Part shown: positions 9,745 to 20,502 of the stretch, piece after piece
Layout: every line of letters starts with the position of its first letter
Numbering within the stretch: position 1 is the stretch's first letter
From: Myxococcales bacterium
Lineage (GTDB): Bacteria > Myxococcota_A > Polyangia > Polyangiales > DASUME01
NCBI GenBank assembly: GCA_047601445.1
Contig: JASGJH010000001.1
Coordinates: 224,001 to 288,000 of the forward strand
Direction of reading: 5' to 3'
DNA length: 64,000 nt
The notes under the pieces: model-generated
Database searches by the model: none
The model's input: only the letters and a program-made list of their open reading frames with translations
What the model was told of the DNA's origin: nothing
Position numbers and translations under genes: made by a program

Positions 9745-10965
9745 TTAGCCTTCGCGTGGGGTTCGGAGCAGGAGCGCCTGCACGGCTTCGCCAGCACCGA
9801 TTTCGGCCTGTTCGGCGGGTACCACCACTAGCGCGTCCACGCCCGACAGCGAGGAAAGGTCACCCGAGCCCTGGCGCCCCAGGGGAGTCGCCACCAGCCC
9901 CTCCGAGCCACGCGTGAGTCCCGCCCGCAGGTACTCCTCGCGACCCGGCTTGCGCTTGATCGGGGCGCTCAACGTGACCTGCACCCGCGCGCGCTCGGGC
10001 GTGGGATCCCCCAGCATGCGCCGCAGTCCAGGGCGCACAAAGAGCTCGAAGGTCACCCACGAGCTCACCGGATTGCCTGGCAACCCGATGACTGGCACCG
10101 AGCCGCCCCGTCCGTAGCTCACCGGCTTGCCCGGCTTCATGCGCACCTTCCAGAACTCGAGCCGGACTCCGGCCGCGGCGAGCGCCTCGCGGACCACGTC
10201 GTAGTCCCCCACCGAGACCCCACCGCTGAGCACCAGCACGTCCGCCTTGAGGCCCTCCGCGATGGCCGCGCACACGGCGTCACGCTCGTCTCCCACCGAG
10301 GGCATCACCCACGGCTCTCCGCCCGCTTCGAGCACCTGGGCTGCCAAACCATAGGCATTGGAGTTCACGATGCTGCCGGGCCGAGCGCGTTCGCCAATCT
10401 CGCGCAGCTCGTCGCCCGTACACAGGATCGCCACGCGTGGCCGGCGAAACACGCGCACGCTGGCGATGTCCTGGCTGGCGAGCAGCCCGATTTCCCCTGA
10501 GCCCACCTGTCCGTGGCGCGGCAGCAAGAGCGTCCCCACTTGCAGATCCGAGCCACGCGCTCGCACGTGGTGCCCGTGCGGCGACGCGAACTTCAGCAGC
10601 ACTTCCTCGCCCTGACGCTCCGTGTCTTCCTGGATCACTACGGCATCCGCGCCGTCCGGTAGCGCAGCACCCGTGAAGATGCGCATGGCCGTGCCGGCTG
10701 CGAGCGGCTCCGGTGATGGGCCTCCCGCGCGACTCTCGCCGCGCACCGCAAGGCGCACGGGCTGCTCTGGGCTCGCCGAGGCCACATCTCGAGCGCGCAC
10801 CGCGTAGCCATCCATGGCGCTGTTGTCGAAGCTCGGGGCTTCGAACTGGGCGTGAACCTCAGCACTCGCGAAGCGGCCCACCGCCGACAGCAACGCGATG
10901 CGCTCTTCCGACAGCGGAGCGAAGCCGTCCAGGATCTCCCGACTGGCCTCGGCCACACTTTTCAT
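9745..10965 (-). CDS. moeA: Molybdopterin molybdenumtransferase MoeA
   Basis: SAMDGYA, RIFTGA, TGDEL, SGGVSVGDYD, KPGKP, LPGNPVS. Confidence 0.95.
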   Translation of the reverse strand: MKSVAEASREILDGFAPLSEERIALLSAVGRFASAEVHAQFEAPSFDNSAMDGYAVRARDVASASPEQPVRLAVRGESRAGGPSPEPLAAGTAMRIFTGAALPDGADAVVIQEDTERQGEEVLLKFASPHGHHVRARGSDLQVGTLLLPRHGQVGSGEIGLLASQDIASVRVFRRPRVAILCTGDELREIGERARPGSIVNSNAYGLAAQVLEAGGEPWVMPSVGDERDAVCAAIAEGLKADVLVLSGGVSVGDYDVVREALAAAGVRLEFWKVRMKPGKPVSYGRGGSVPVIGLPGNPVSSWVTFELFVRPGLRRMLGDPTPERARVQVTLSAPIKRKPGREEYLRAGLTRGSEGLVATPLGRQGSGDLSSLSGVDALVVVPAEQAEIGAGEAVQALLLRTPREG

Positions 10966-13208
10966 GGCGCCGAGGGCGTGGGCTTGGTGGGCGCGCTCCC
11001 GCTGGCGCGTGCGCTCGATTCGGGCTTGGCAGCCGTGCTGGCGCCGGGGCGCGTGCTCGGTTCGGCCTTGCTGGTGACGCTGGCCGCCGGACGCGCACTT
11101 GCTTCGGGCTTGGCGGGCGTGCTGGCGCTCGGTCGCGCGCTCGATTCAACCTTGGCGGGCACACTAGCGGCCGGGCGCGTGCTCACCTCGGGCTTGGCAG
11201 GCGTGTTGGCGCGCGCGCTCGGCTCGGGCTTGGGCACGCTGGTTTCAGGGGTAGGGTGGGTGGCAGCGCCGACCTCATCGGTGGCCTCGGCATCAGGTGG
11301 CAGCGCGTCTTCTTCGAGCAGGTTGGGGTCGCCCTCCTCGGAGGACGCTGGCGCCGCCGTGCCCGTGGTGGACTTGCCGGCGTTCCCCAGGCGAGCGATC
11401 AGGCCCTTCTTCTCCAGCTCGGGGATCTGCTTCTCGGGGACGTAGATGATCACCCAGTCGTCCACCTTGAGCTCTTTGTTGCTCCCGAACTGATTGATGC
11501 GCCCGATGGAGCCCACGGAGAGCTCGAACTTCTCGGCCAGCTTGGCCATCGTGTCGTTGGGCTGCACGCGATAGCGCACGCGCACGCGACCACGCTGGCC
11601 CTCGTGAAAGTCGAAGAACTCGTCGGACCCCACGGTGAGCACCTGCACCTGGTCCGGCGTCAGCACCACGGCGCGCCCGAGATCGAGATCCGTGCGTACG
11701 AACAGCTGCAGCAGCATGTCCTTTTGCAGCACGCCGCCCTCGGTGAGATTGTTCCACGCGGTCAGCTCGTCGACGCTCACGTCGAAGAAGCGAGCCAGGG
11801 CGCCCGGCGTGTCTTGGCCCGCGACGCGATAGAAGACCTGCCGACGATCCGGGTACGAGAAGGTCTTGGCGGGTACGCTGGCCACCGGCCTGTCGCTGCC
11901 CATGGTGCGGACCTCGGTGACCGCCGGGACCAGCAACGGAAAGCCTGCGCGCACCTCGGCGTCGGCCTTGAGGTCGTTGATGTCCCGCAGCCGCGCGGGG
12001 TTGATCGAGAAGCGACGCGCCACGTCCTCGAGCGTCTCGCCGAAGCGCACCGTGTAGCCCACCTGCTGCCGCGGCTCGTGATTCTTGGACCAGCGTTTGG
12101 CGAACTGGTCGTAGCTCGCGCGCGGCACGTAGACCTGCACGCGCGGCTCCCCGGGCGGGACCTTGCCCTTCTTGAGGTGCGGATTGAGCGTCTTCAGCAG
12201 CTCCACGTCCACGCCGGCCGCGCTGGCAATGGGCCGCAACGGAGTCCCCTCGGGTACGTCGATCTTGGCGAGCTCGATGCTCGGCTCCAGCGAGAGCCCG
12301 CCGAACCCGAAGCGCTCCGGGTTGTTGGCCACGATGGCCATCGCCGTGATCTTCGAGACGTAGAGGGCGGTCTCGAAGGGCAGGCCCGCCTCGAGATGCG
12401 AGAGCACCCAGTAGTCGTTGGTGTTGTACTTGCGAACGGCGCGCAGGAGGGCGCCGTAGCCCATGTTGTAGGCCGCGAAGGCCAGCTCCCAGGTGCCGAA
12501 ACGGTCGTACAGATCGCGCAAAAAGAGCGCTGCGGCCTCGGTCGAGCGCTCCGGGTCCATACGCTCGTCGGTCCAGTGGTCCACGCGCAGGCCGTAGTGT
12601 TGACCCGCTTGTTTCACGAACTGCCACACACCGAGGGCGTCCTGGGCCGAGTGAGCGAGCGGGTCGTAGCCGCTCTCGATCATCGCCACGAACTGCAGGT
12701 CCTGGGGTAGCGAGTGCTCCGCCAGCACGCGACGGATCATCGGTCCGTAGCGCTCCACGCGCTTGAGCCAGGCGGCGGCCATGTCGCGCCCGCGCCGGTC
12801 GTTCTTGAAGAACAGCAGGTACTCGATGACTCTGCTGTCCCAGCGGATGGGCAAGTTGGGCAGCTTGAGATCGCTCAAGAACGAAACGTCCACCGGAGTA
12901 CCGGCGGCCCCCGTGAAGCGCCTGGGTGGCGTCTCCGTGCTCAACGCGTCGGCTACGCCGTACGCGCAGTCGGGGTCATAGGGGGCATCGAGCTCGCGGG
13001 CGCCTGCCCCGAACAGCTCCTCCTCGGCCAGGCGCATGGCCCGCAGCTCGGGGGACTCGAGGGCCTCGCTGATACCCTCGAGAGCCTCCTGGCTCCAGGT
13101 GCTGGCATAGAGTCGGCCATCCGCCCGCACCGGTGCCGCGCTCGCCAGAAGGAGCGGGCCGAGGGCAAGACAGCTGCCGAGCATGCGCGAGGAACGACCA
13201 GAGAACAT
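10962..13208 (-). CDS. MltD-like lytic transglycosylase with LysM domains and repetitive Ala/Pro/Ser tail
   Basis: SLT motifs AMIESGY, GVWQF, AAYNMG, ETALYV. LysM-like YTVRFGETL and YRVQPNDT. Start uncertain (13184/13208/13229). Confidence 0.85.
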   Translation of the reverse strand: MFSGRSSRMLGSCLALGPLLLASAAPVRADGRLYASTWSQEALEGISEALESPELRAMRLAEEELFGAGARELDAPYDPDCAYGVADALSTETPPRRFTGAAGTPVDVSFLSDLKLPNLPIRWDSRVIEYLLFFKNDRRGRDMAAAWLKRVERYGPMIRRVLAEHSLPQDLQFVAMIESGYDPLAHSAQDALGVWQFVKQAGQHYGLRVDHWTDERMDPERSTEAAALFLRDLYDRFGTWELAFAAYNMGYGALLRAVRKYNTNDYWVLSHLEAGLPFETALYVSKITAMAIVANNPERFGFGGLSLEPSIELAKIDVPEGTPLRPIASAAGVDVELLKTLNPHLKKGKVPPGEPRVQVYVPRASYDQFAKRWSKNHEPRQQVGYTVRFGETLEDVARRFSINPARLRDINDLKADAEVRAGFPLLVPAVTEVRTMGSDRPVASVPAKTFSYPDRRQVFYRVAGQDTPGALARFFDVSVDELTAWNNLTEGGVLQKDMLLQLFVRTDLDLGRAVVLTPDQVQVLTVGSDEFFDFHEGQRGRVRVRYRVQPNDTMAKLAEKFELSVGSIGRINQFGSNKELKVDDWVIIYVPEKQIPELEKKGLIARLGNAGKSTTGTAAPASSEEGDPNLLEEDALPPDAEATDEVGAATHPTPETSVPKPEPSARANTPAKPEVSTRPAASVPAKVESSARPSASTPAKPEASARPAASVTSKAEPSTRPGASTAAKPESSARASGSAPTKPTPSAP

Positions 13209-13327
13209 AGATGCCAACGGACCGCGCAAGCACGGCCTCGCACAGGCTAGCGTCGGGGGTCCGCCAGGGCCAGAAAGTGGATTCTATTGAATGGAGGGGA
13301 GGGCGGAGCCGGTCGCCCGGTCGAAGC

Positions 13328-13430
13328 GCGCCCTCGGGGGCGCGAGCGGAGAGAAATGCGCCCTCGGGGGCGCGAGCGGAGAGAAATGCGCCCTCGGGGC
13401 GCGAGCGGAGAGAAATGCGCCCTCGGGCGC
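13328..13430. repeat. Intergenic tandem repeat, 30-nt unit x about 3.5
   Basis: Unit GCGCCCTCGGGGGCGCGAGCGGAGAGAAAT at 13328, 13358, 13388 and partial 13417. Each unit carries a GCGCCC/GGGCGC palindrome. Confidence 0.95.
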
Positions 13431-13435
13431 GGAGA

Positions 13436-14320
13436 TCAGACGCAGACGCGGTTGCGACCCGAGCGCTTGGCTTCGTAGAGCTTCACGTCAGCGGCCTTGG
13501 TGAGCTTGATGGGGTCGTCGTCCGCCTTGAGCATGGTGCAGCCGATGGAGATGGTGACCGCGATGCGCTCGCCTTCGAACTCGAAGGAGTGATCCGCGAT
13601 GAGCTTGCGCAGCTCCTCGGCGATGACCGCTGCGCCGTTGAGGTCGGTCTCGGGCAGCAGCACCGCGAACTCCTCACCGCCGTAGCGCGCGATTACGTCG
13701 TCCGGACGCAGCCGCGAGCGCACCACGCCAGCGGCCTCCTTGAGCACGTAGTCACCGGCGATGTGGCCGTAGGTGTCGTTCACGCTCTTGAAGTGGTCCA
13801 GGTCGAACATGCACAGCGCCAGCGGACGCTGATGGCGAATGGCGCGCGGCAGCTCGCGCTCGAGGGTCTCGAGCAAGAAGCGCTTGTTGTGCACGTTGGT
13901 GAGCCCATCCATGATCGTCATGCGATAGATGGTCTCGTGGTACTGGGCCTCGACGTCCTGGCCGCTCAAGTACTTGAAGATGGTGTCGCCGACCTTGATC
14001 TGGTCGCCCCGACGAAGCTGGTATTCCTCGACCAGGTCGTCGTTCACGTAGGTGCCGTTGGTGGAGCCCAGATCCTTCACGAACCAGGCCGTCTTGCGCT
14101 TGTCGATGCGACAGTGCCGGCGCGACACGCTGTCGGACGGCAGCACGATTTGGTTGCCGCGCTCGCGGCCGATCCGCAGTGTCTCGTTGCCGAGCACCTG
14201 GCGCTTGCCGAAGTTGCGGGCGTCAGGCGAATAAATCACGACCAAACAGTCGTCGCCACTGCCCTCGGGCTGGGCGACTTCGCTCAGTGGCGTGATGCGG
14301 GTTTTGACCTCGGAATCCAA
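13436..14320 (-). CDS. FHA-GGDEF diguanylate cyclase
   Basis: FHA motifs IGR..SVSRRH..DLGSTNGT. GGDEF motifs DLDHFKSVNDTYGHIAGD, I-site RPDD, RYGGEEF. Confidence 0.92.
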   Translation of the reverse strand: MDSEVKTRITPLSEVAQPEGSGDDCLVVIYSPDARNFGKRQVLGNETLRIGRERGNQIVLPSDSVSRRHCRIDKRKTAWFVKDLGSTNGTYVNDDLVEEYQLRRGDQIKVGDTIFKYLSGQDVEAQYHETIYRMTIMDGLTNVHNKRFLLETLERELPRAIRHQRPLALCMFDLDHFKSVNDTYGHIAGDYVLKEAAGVVRSRLRPDDVIARYGGEEFAVLLPETDLNGAAVIAEELRKLIADHSFEFEGERIAVTISIGCTMLKADDDPIKLTKAADVKLYEAKRSGRNRVCV

Positions 14321-14733
14321 GAGACTGAAGGATCGCTTTCCAGCGGAGAGAACCGGCTACCAACCAGCCTAAAAACCCTCGTGATGCCCGTCAAGACTTG
14401 CGCGCGTCCGCCCGTGCTTTGGGGCTCACACAGTTGCGCGGCGCGGCCCCTGTGGGGGAAGGCGGACAGTGTCGAGCAGCGTAGGCCCGCGGTGGTCGAT
14501 GTGAGGAGTTCGAACACGCTGTCTCGGGCGATTCGGTCCATGTTGGAACGCCGCCGGGCACTGGTGGGGAGGGCCGCGCCCTGATCGGCTTGGTGCGCCC
14601 GAGTCACCCCGAGGGCGCCCACGCTCGGACAATCGCTCCCTTTGGCCGCTCGGAGTGCTGCGGAATTCAAAGGATGCGTTGACACAGGACCCGCTGCAGC
14701 ATACGAAAAAGGGAAGGGGTTGCGGCAGCTTCC

Positions 14734-16233
<1,500 letters not shown>

Positions 16234-16327
16234 CGGGCTCGGGCTCGGCCGCGACCACGAGAGGGTGGGACGGGCTCTTTGCCGATTCGAGGTCGGGGTC
16301 GAGCCGTAGTTGCTCTCCCCGCAGCCC

Positions 16328-18097
16328 CTACTGCACGGCCGTCGGCGTGGGCCCAGCCTCAGTCCCGGTCTGCTGAGCGGCTTCCGTGGACTGCCGTCCG
16401 GACTCTTCGCTCTTCTTCTCGAGCGCTTCCTCGACCGCCTTCTTCACTTCTTCGTCGCTCGCGTCGCCCTCTGGAATGGGGAGCGGTGCCTCACCGCGTT
16501 CGCTGGCTTCCTGCCACGGATAGCGAATGCGGTGGTGGTGCATCTTCACCAGCGTGTCCACCAGCTTCTTGGAGATCACGCGCAGGTCCTCGATGGTGAG
16601 GCCCGACTCGTCGAGCTGACCCTGGCGCAGCTTCACGAACATGATGCGGTTCACCATCTCCTCGAACTTCTCGCGTTCGGGGGGATCGATGGTACGCGAC
16701 GCGGCCTCGATGGCATCCACCAACATCAAGATGGCGGTCTCCTTGGTGCGGGGCCGCATCCCGGGGTAACGGAAGAAATTCTCGCTCAGGTTCTTGGGAT
16801 TTCCCTGGCCGAGGCACTTGTGCCAGAAGTACTCGATGACGCTGGTGCCGTGGTGCGTGTAGGCGAACTCCACGACCGGCTCTGGAATGCGCCCATCGCG
16901 CAGGATGCGCGCGCCCTCCACCACGTGCGCCATGATCGCGTCGGCGCTGACATCGGGCTCGAGTCCCTCGTGTGGTGAGATCTCACCGGGCTCGAGGTTC
17001 TCGATGAAGTACTTGCACTGACAGGTCTTGCCGAGGTCGTGGTAGTACGCGCCCACGCGCGTGAGCAGGGCGTCGGCTCCGATAGAGGACGCCGCGGCTT
17101 CGGCCAGGTTCGCCATGGCGCGCGCGTGCTCCCAGGACCCCGGGGCTTCACGCGCCATCTTTTGCAACAGGGGCTGGGTGAGGTCGGCCAGATCGAGCAG
17201 GCGTGCGCGCGGCACGGCGCCGAGCAAGCGCCCCACGGGAGCCTGCAGGAAGGCGCCGATCACGCCTGGAAGCAGGCCGCCGATGGCGCCGCTGATGACG
17301 TCGGAGTGCTGCCACGTAGACAGGTCACCGCGCAGCGAGATGCCACCGCGGAACAACATGGTGTTGGCGATGACCATGGTGGCGTTGGCAGCCGCCGCGG
17401 CCAGGCCGGCCAGCAAGATGTCGCTGCTGCGTCGGCGGGCGCGCAGGGCGAGGGTGACCGTGAAGCTGCTGGCCAGGAACGCGAGTAGGTACTCGAGCCG
17501 GAAGTCGGTGAGTGACGCGCAGAGGAAGCTGGCGGCCATGCCGACCATGAAGGCCGTGCGGCGATCCAGGAACAACGAGACCCAGAGAGGCAACGCCGCC
17601 ACCGGCAACACGTAGGCACTGGCGTCGGTTAAAAGCAGCACGAGCTTGGACAGCGCCATCGCGGTGACCGTCAGCGCGAGCAATCCGACCTGGGTCCTGA
17701 GCAGGGTGCCGTAGCTCAAGCTGAAGCGCCTGAGGTACGTCGTCATCATGACGCTGATCAGGAAGTACACGAACCATACCCCGAGCAGCGTGCCCAGGCG
17801 CACGGGGCGCCGCGCGCTCTCGTAGAGCGTGATGTACTCGGCGATGCTGGCGTCGCTCGTACTGGTGCCGCGCGAGATGATGGGCGCCACGCGCACCAGC
17901 TGCGAGACCCCTTGAGAATTGGCCGCGCGCATCGCGACGGGCGGCAAGCGCAGCGTGACGGGCGCGGATTGATCGGGGCGCACTCGCAACGGCTCGAAAA
18001 AGGTCTCGCCAACGCTAATGATGGTCAGCAGCGTGGCGGTGACCGCGCTCATGATGAGGCCGGCACGGGGGCCAGCGATCAGACGAGTACGCAGCAT
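16328..18097 (-). CDS. 7TM-HD (HDIG) phosphohydrolase, PgpH-like
   Basis: Multiple TM helices, then EAPGSWEH, GAYYHDLGK..YFIEN, HHGTS, FRYPG.RP.TKE, DAIEAASR. Confidence 0.88.
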   Translation of the reverse strand: MLRTRLIAGPRAGLIMSAVTATLLTIISVGETFFEPLRVRPDQSAPVTLRLPPVAMRAANSQGVSQLVRVAPIISRGTSTSDASIAEYITLYESARRPVRLGTLLGVWFVYFLISVMMTTYLRRFSLSYGTLLRTQVGLLALTVTAMALSKLVLLLTDASAYVLPVAALPLWVSLFLDRRTAFMVGMAASFLCASLTDFRLEYLLAFLASSFTVTLALRARRRSSDILLAGLAAAAANATMVIANTMLFRGGISLRGDLSTWQHSDVISGAIGGLLPGVIGAFLQAPVGRLLGAVPRARLLDLADLTQPLLQKMAREAPGSWEHARAMANLAEAAASSIGADALLTRVGAYYHDLGKTCQCKYFIENLEPGEISPHEGLEPDVSADAIMAHVVEGARILRDGRIPEPVVEFAYTHHGTSVIEYFWHKCLGQGNPKNLSENFFRYPGMRPRTKETAILMLVDAIEAASRTIDPPEREKFEEMVNRIMFVKLRQGQLDESGLTIEDLRVISKKLVDTLVKMHHHRIRYPWQEASERGEAPLPIPEGDASDEEVKKAVEEALEKKSEESGRQSTEAAQQTGTEAGPTPTAVQ

Positions 18098-18217
18098 TCG
18101 CCAGTCGATCTCGAAGCCGAGTGGGGACGGGACGGTTCGGTTGCGAGGGGCGCGCGGCGCGACCCTTTCGACGAGCCATCAACCGGCCGGTGCAGAACAC
18201 CCAGCTTTTCGGTCACC

Positions 18218-19771
18218 ATGGCCTGGAGGCTAGTGCTCTCTTTGGAACCTTTCAAGAACCGCGGCTCCCGCGCGCCGGACCCGGTTCGGCCTACAGGTGC
18301 CATCCCGGCGTACAGCGCCAGCGCCCGCTTACGCCGTTGGGTCCCGTGGTGGAGCCTGGTTTCCGCGTGCGTTCTCCTGGGCTTGTTCACGCTCGCCTGG
18401 CCCTTTTCGGTGGACGACGCGTTCATTTTAGCTCGCTACGCACGGCGTCTTTCGGCTGGGCAGGGGTACACGTTTTCGGACGGGCCCCCCACAGACGGTG
18501 TGACGGGGCCGCTGTGGCTCTTGCCGTTGTGGCTGGGGGCTCGATTGGGTCTTCACCCGCTGTCGGTCGGCAAGGTGTTGGGCGGCGCCGCCGCGCTGGT
18601 CGCGGTGGGCCGGGTCGTCGCGCGCGCGCAGGTGCGGGCGCTGGGTCGCGTCCACGCGCCGCTCACGGCGGCATTCTGCCTCACGTCGGTGCCCCTGGTG
18701 ATCTGGCCGGTAGCAGGACTCGAGACGGGACTCGCGACCTGGCTCGTCACCGAGATCGCCCTGGGCATCACGCGCTCACCGGCGCCGCGCATCCGCTGGG
18801 TCGGCATCTGCGTGGGCCTCTTGGCCTGGCTACGTCCCGAGCTCGCGTTCTTTGCTCTGGTGGCGCTGGGCTCGCTCGCAGTGCGGGCGCCCAAGCTGGC
18901 CTGGCGTGCCTGGGTCATCGCGGGAGCATTCGCGATCGCGGTGCTTGCGTTTCGCAAGCTGACGTTCGGTCATTTTCTTCCGATGAGCGGCGCAGCCAAG
19001 CCACCCGAGCTGCGACATGGCATCGAATACATGCGCGGCCCTCTTCTGCGCCCCGAGACGGGGCTCGCCATCGCGGTGTTCGTGGTCGCGCTGCGGGTCA
19101 CGCGCGGTCAGCGCTGGTTCGAGTTCCCGCTGCTGCTCGCGCTCTCGTTCCATGTGCTGTGCGTCGTGTTGGCGGGTGGCGACTGGATGCCAGGTTTTCG
19201 TCTGCTGTGCCCGCTCGTGCCGGTCTTCGCTTGGTGTCTGGCGCGTGCGTTCGTCGCGATTTGGTTGAAACATCGCAGCCTCTTCTGGTGCTTGCTGGTG
19301 CCGCTCTTGACGCTGCGTGGACTCGTGGTCGCCAGCGAGCTGACCACGGCTCGCGCCGCAGGCATCACCCGTGAGCGAGCCTTGCCGCAGCTACGCGAGT
19401 TGCTGCATGCGCAGAGTGGGCTGATCGCGGCGGTGGATGTGGGCTGGCTGGGAGAGGCCTATCCAGGCCCCATTCTCGATCTGGGCGGCCTGACCGATCC
19501 GAGGATTGCCTACTTGCGGGGAGGGCACGTCGACAAGCGCATCGCGAGTCCTTGGCTCAGGGCTCAAGGGGTGACGCTCTTCATGCTGCACAGCGCGCAG
19601 CCGCCGCGCCTCGACGAACAGGGACGCGTGCGGTGGTTTCAAGGATTTCCGGTGGAACGTCGCGTACTCAGCATGCCCTGGGTGGCAGCGAATTATCGCG
19701 TGAGCGAACGCTTTGCCTATCAGCCTGCGTATCACTATGTGCTGCTCACGCCGCGCGCTTCGGCCCCCTAG
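18218..19771 (+). CDS. Polytopic GT-C-type glycosyltransferase-like membrane protein
   Basis: DDAFI..RYA luminal motif, GLET, RPE, GGDWMP.FR, ILDLGGLTD, many TM helices. Start uncertain. Confidence 0.65.
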   Translation: MAWRLVLSLEPFKNRGSRAPDPVRPTGAIPAYSASARLRRWVPWWSLVSACVLLGLFTLAWPFSVDDAFILARYARRLSAGQGYTFSDGPPTDGVTGPLWLLPLWLGARLGLHPLSVGKVLGGAAALVAVGRVVARAQVRALGRVHAPLTAAFCLTSVPLVIWPVAGLETGLATWLVTEIALGITRSPAPRIRWVGICVGLLAWLRPELAFFALVALGSLAVRAPKLAWRAWVIAGAFAIAVLAFRKLTFGHFLPMSGAAKPPELRHGIEYMRGPLLRPETGLAIAVFVVALRVTRGQRWFEFPLLLALSFHVLCVVLAGGDWMPGFRLLCPLVPVFAWCLARAFVAIWLKHRSLFWCLLVPLLTLRGLVVASELTTARAAGITRERALPQLRELLHAQSGLIAAVDVGWLGEAYPGPILDLGGLTDPRIAYLRGGHVDKRIASPWLRAQGVTLFMLHSAQPPRLDEQGRVRWFQGFPVERRVLSMPWVAANYRVSERFAYQPAYHYVLLTPRASAP

Positions 19772-19879
19772 CGCCCCCTAAACGAGCGCGCTGTCAAGCT
19801 CGAACAGGTTGGTTGGCGATCCTGCGTACGCACGTGAATTCGCGCTTGGTAGTTCGCACAGATTTGGCACCATAGACCC

Positions 19880-20446
19880 ATGTCGTCCCTGGCTCCTGGA
19901 TTTCTCGTGGCAGCGCCCATCCTGCGCGATCCCAACTTCGCGGGCAGTGTCGTGTTGATGGTGGAGCACTCGGAGCAGGGTGCGCTCGGCTTCGTCGTGA
20001 ATCGCGTCGCGAACGCGAGTTTGCAGAAGGTGCTCGGACAGCTCGGCGTGGCCGACATTCCGATTCGGCACGAGGTTTCGGTGATGCTGGGCGGACCTGT
20101 TTCGCCGCAGACCGGATGGATCGTGTTCGACGCGCCTGCGCAGGCCGCACAGGATCGCGAGGACGTGCTGATGGTGACGGACTCGCTCGGCGTGAGTGCG
20201 TCCAAGCAGTTTCTGGTCGACGCCGTGAAGGGCGAGGGGCCCGGGCGCGCCATGTTGGTGCAAGGCTACGCGGGTTGGGGCCCCGGACAGCTCGAGCTCG
20301 AGCTGCGCCAGGGCGTATGGATCCCGGTGGACCTCGACGCACGGGTGATCTTCGACGAGCCAGCGGAACGCCGCTGGAGCGCCGCGCTCGGCGTGCTCGG
20401 AATTCACCCCGCTGCGCTGCCCAGGACGCAAATCGCGCAAGCGTGA
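19880..20446 (+). CDS. YqgE/AlgH family protein (UPF0301)
   Basis: DPNFAGSVV..EH..GALGFVVNR, GGPV, GYAGWGPGQLE.E. Confidence 0.92.
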   Translation: MSSLAPGFLVAAPILRDPNFAGSVVLMVEHSEQGALGFVVNRVANASLQKVLGQLGVADIPIRHEVSVMLGGPVSPQTGWIVFDAPAQAAQDREDVLMVTDSLGVSASKQFLVDAVKGEGPGRAMLVQGYAGWGPGQLELELRQGVWIPVDLDARVIFDEPAERRWSAALGVLGIHPAALPRTQIAQA

Positions 20447-20502
20447 CGCGGGCTTAGCAGGGCCGTTGACCTGCACTCCTGAAGGCGGCGACACTTCGTC
20501 GT

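Noticed and set aside
13328..13430. Possible CRISPR array
   Set aside because: The sequences between the palindromes are identical rather than unique spacers, the period is only 30 nt, and there are no cas genes.
13670..13810. Hypr GGDEF (3',3'-cGAMP synthase)
   Set aside because: The specificity position is the canonical Asp (GHIAGD), not Ser or Thr.
14321..14733. tRNA or c-di-GMP riboswitch in the DGC/HD-GYP spacer
   Set aside because: A GTTCGAA is present but no cloverleaf can be built, and no GEMM consensus was recognised by eye. An Rfam scan would be decisive.
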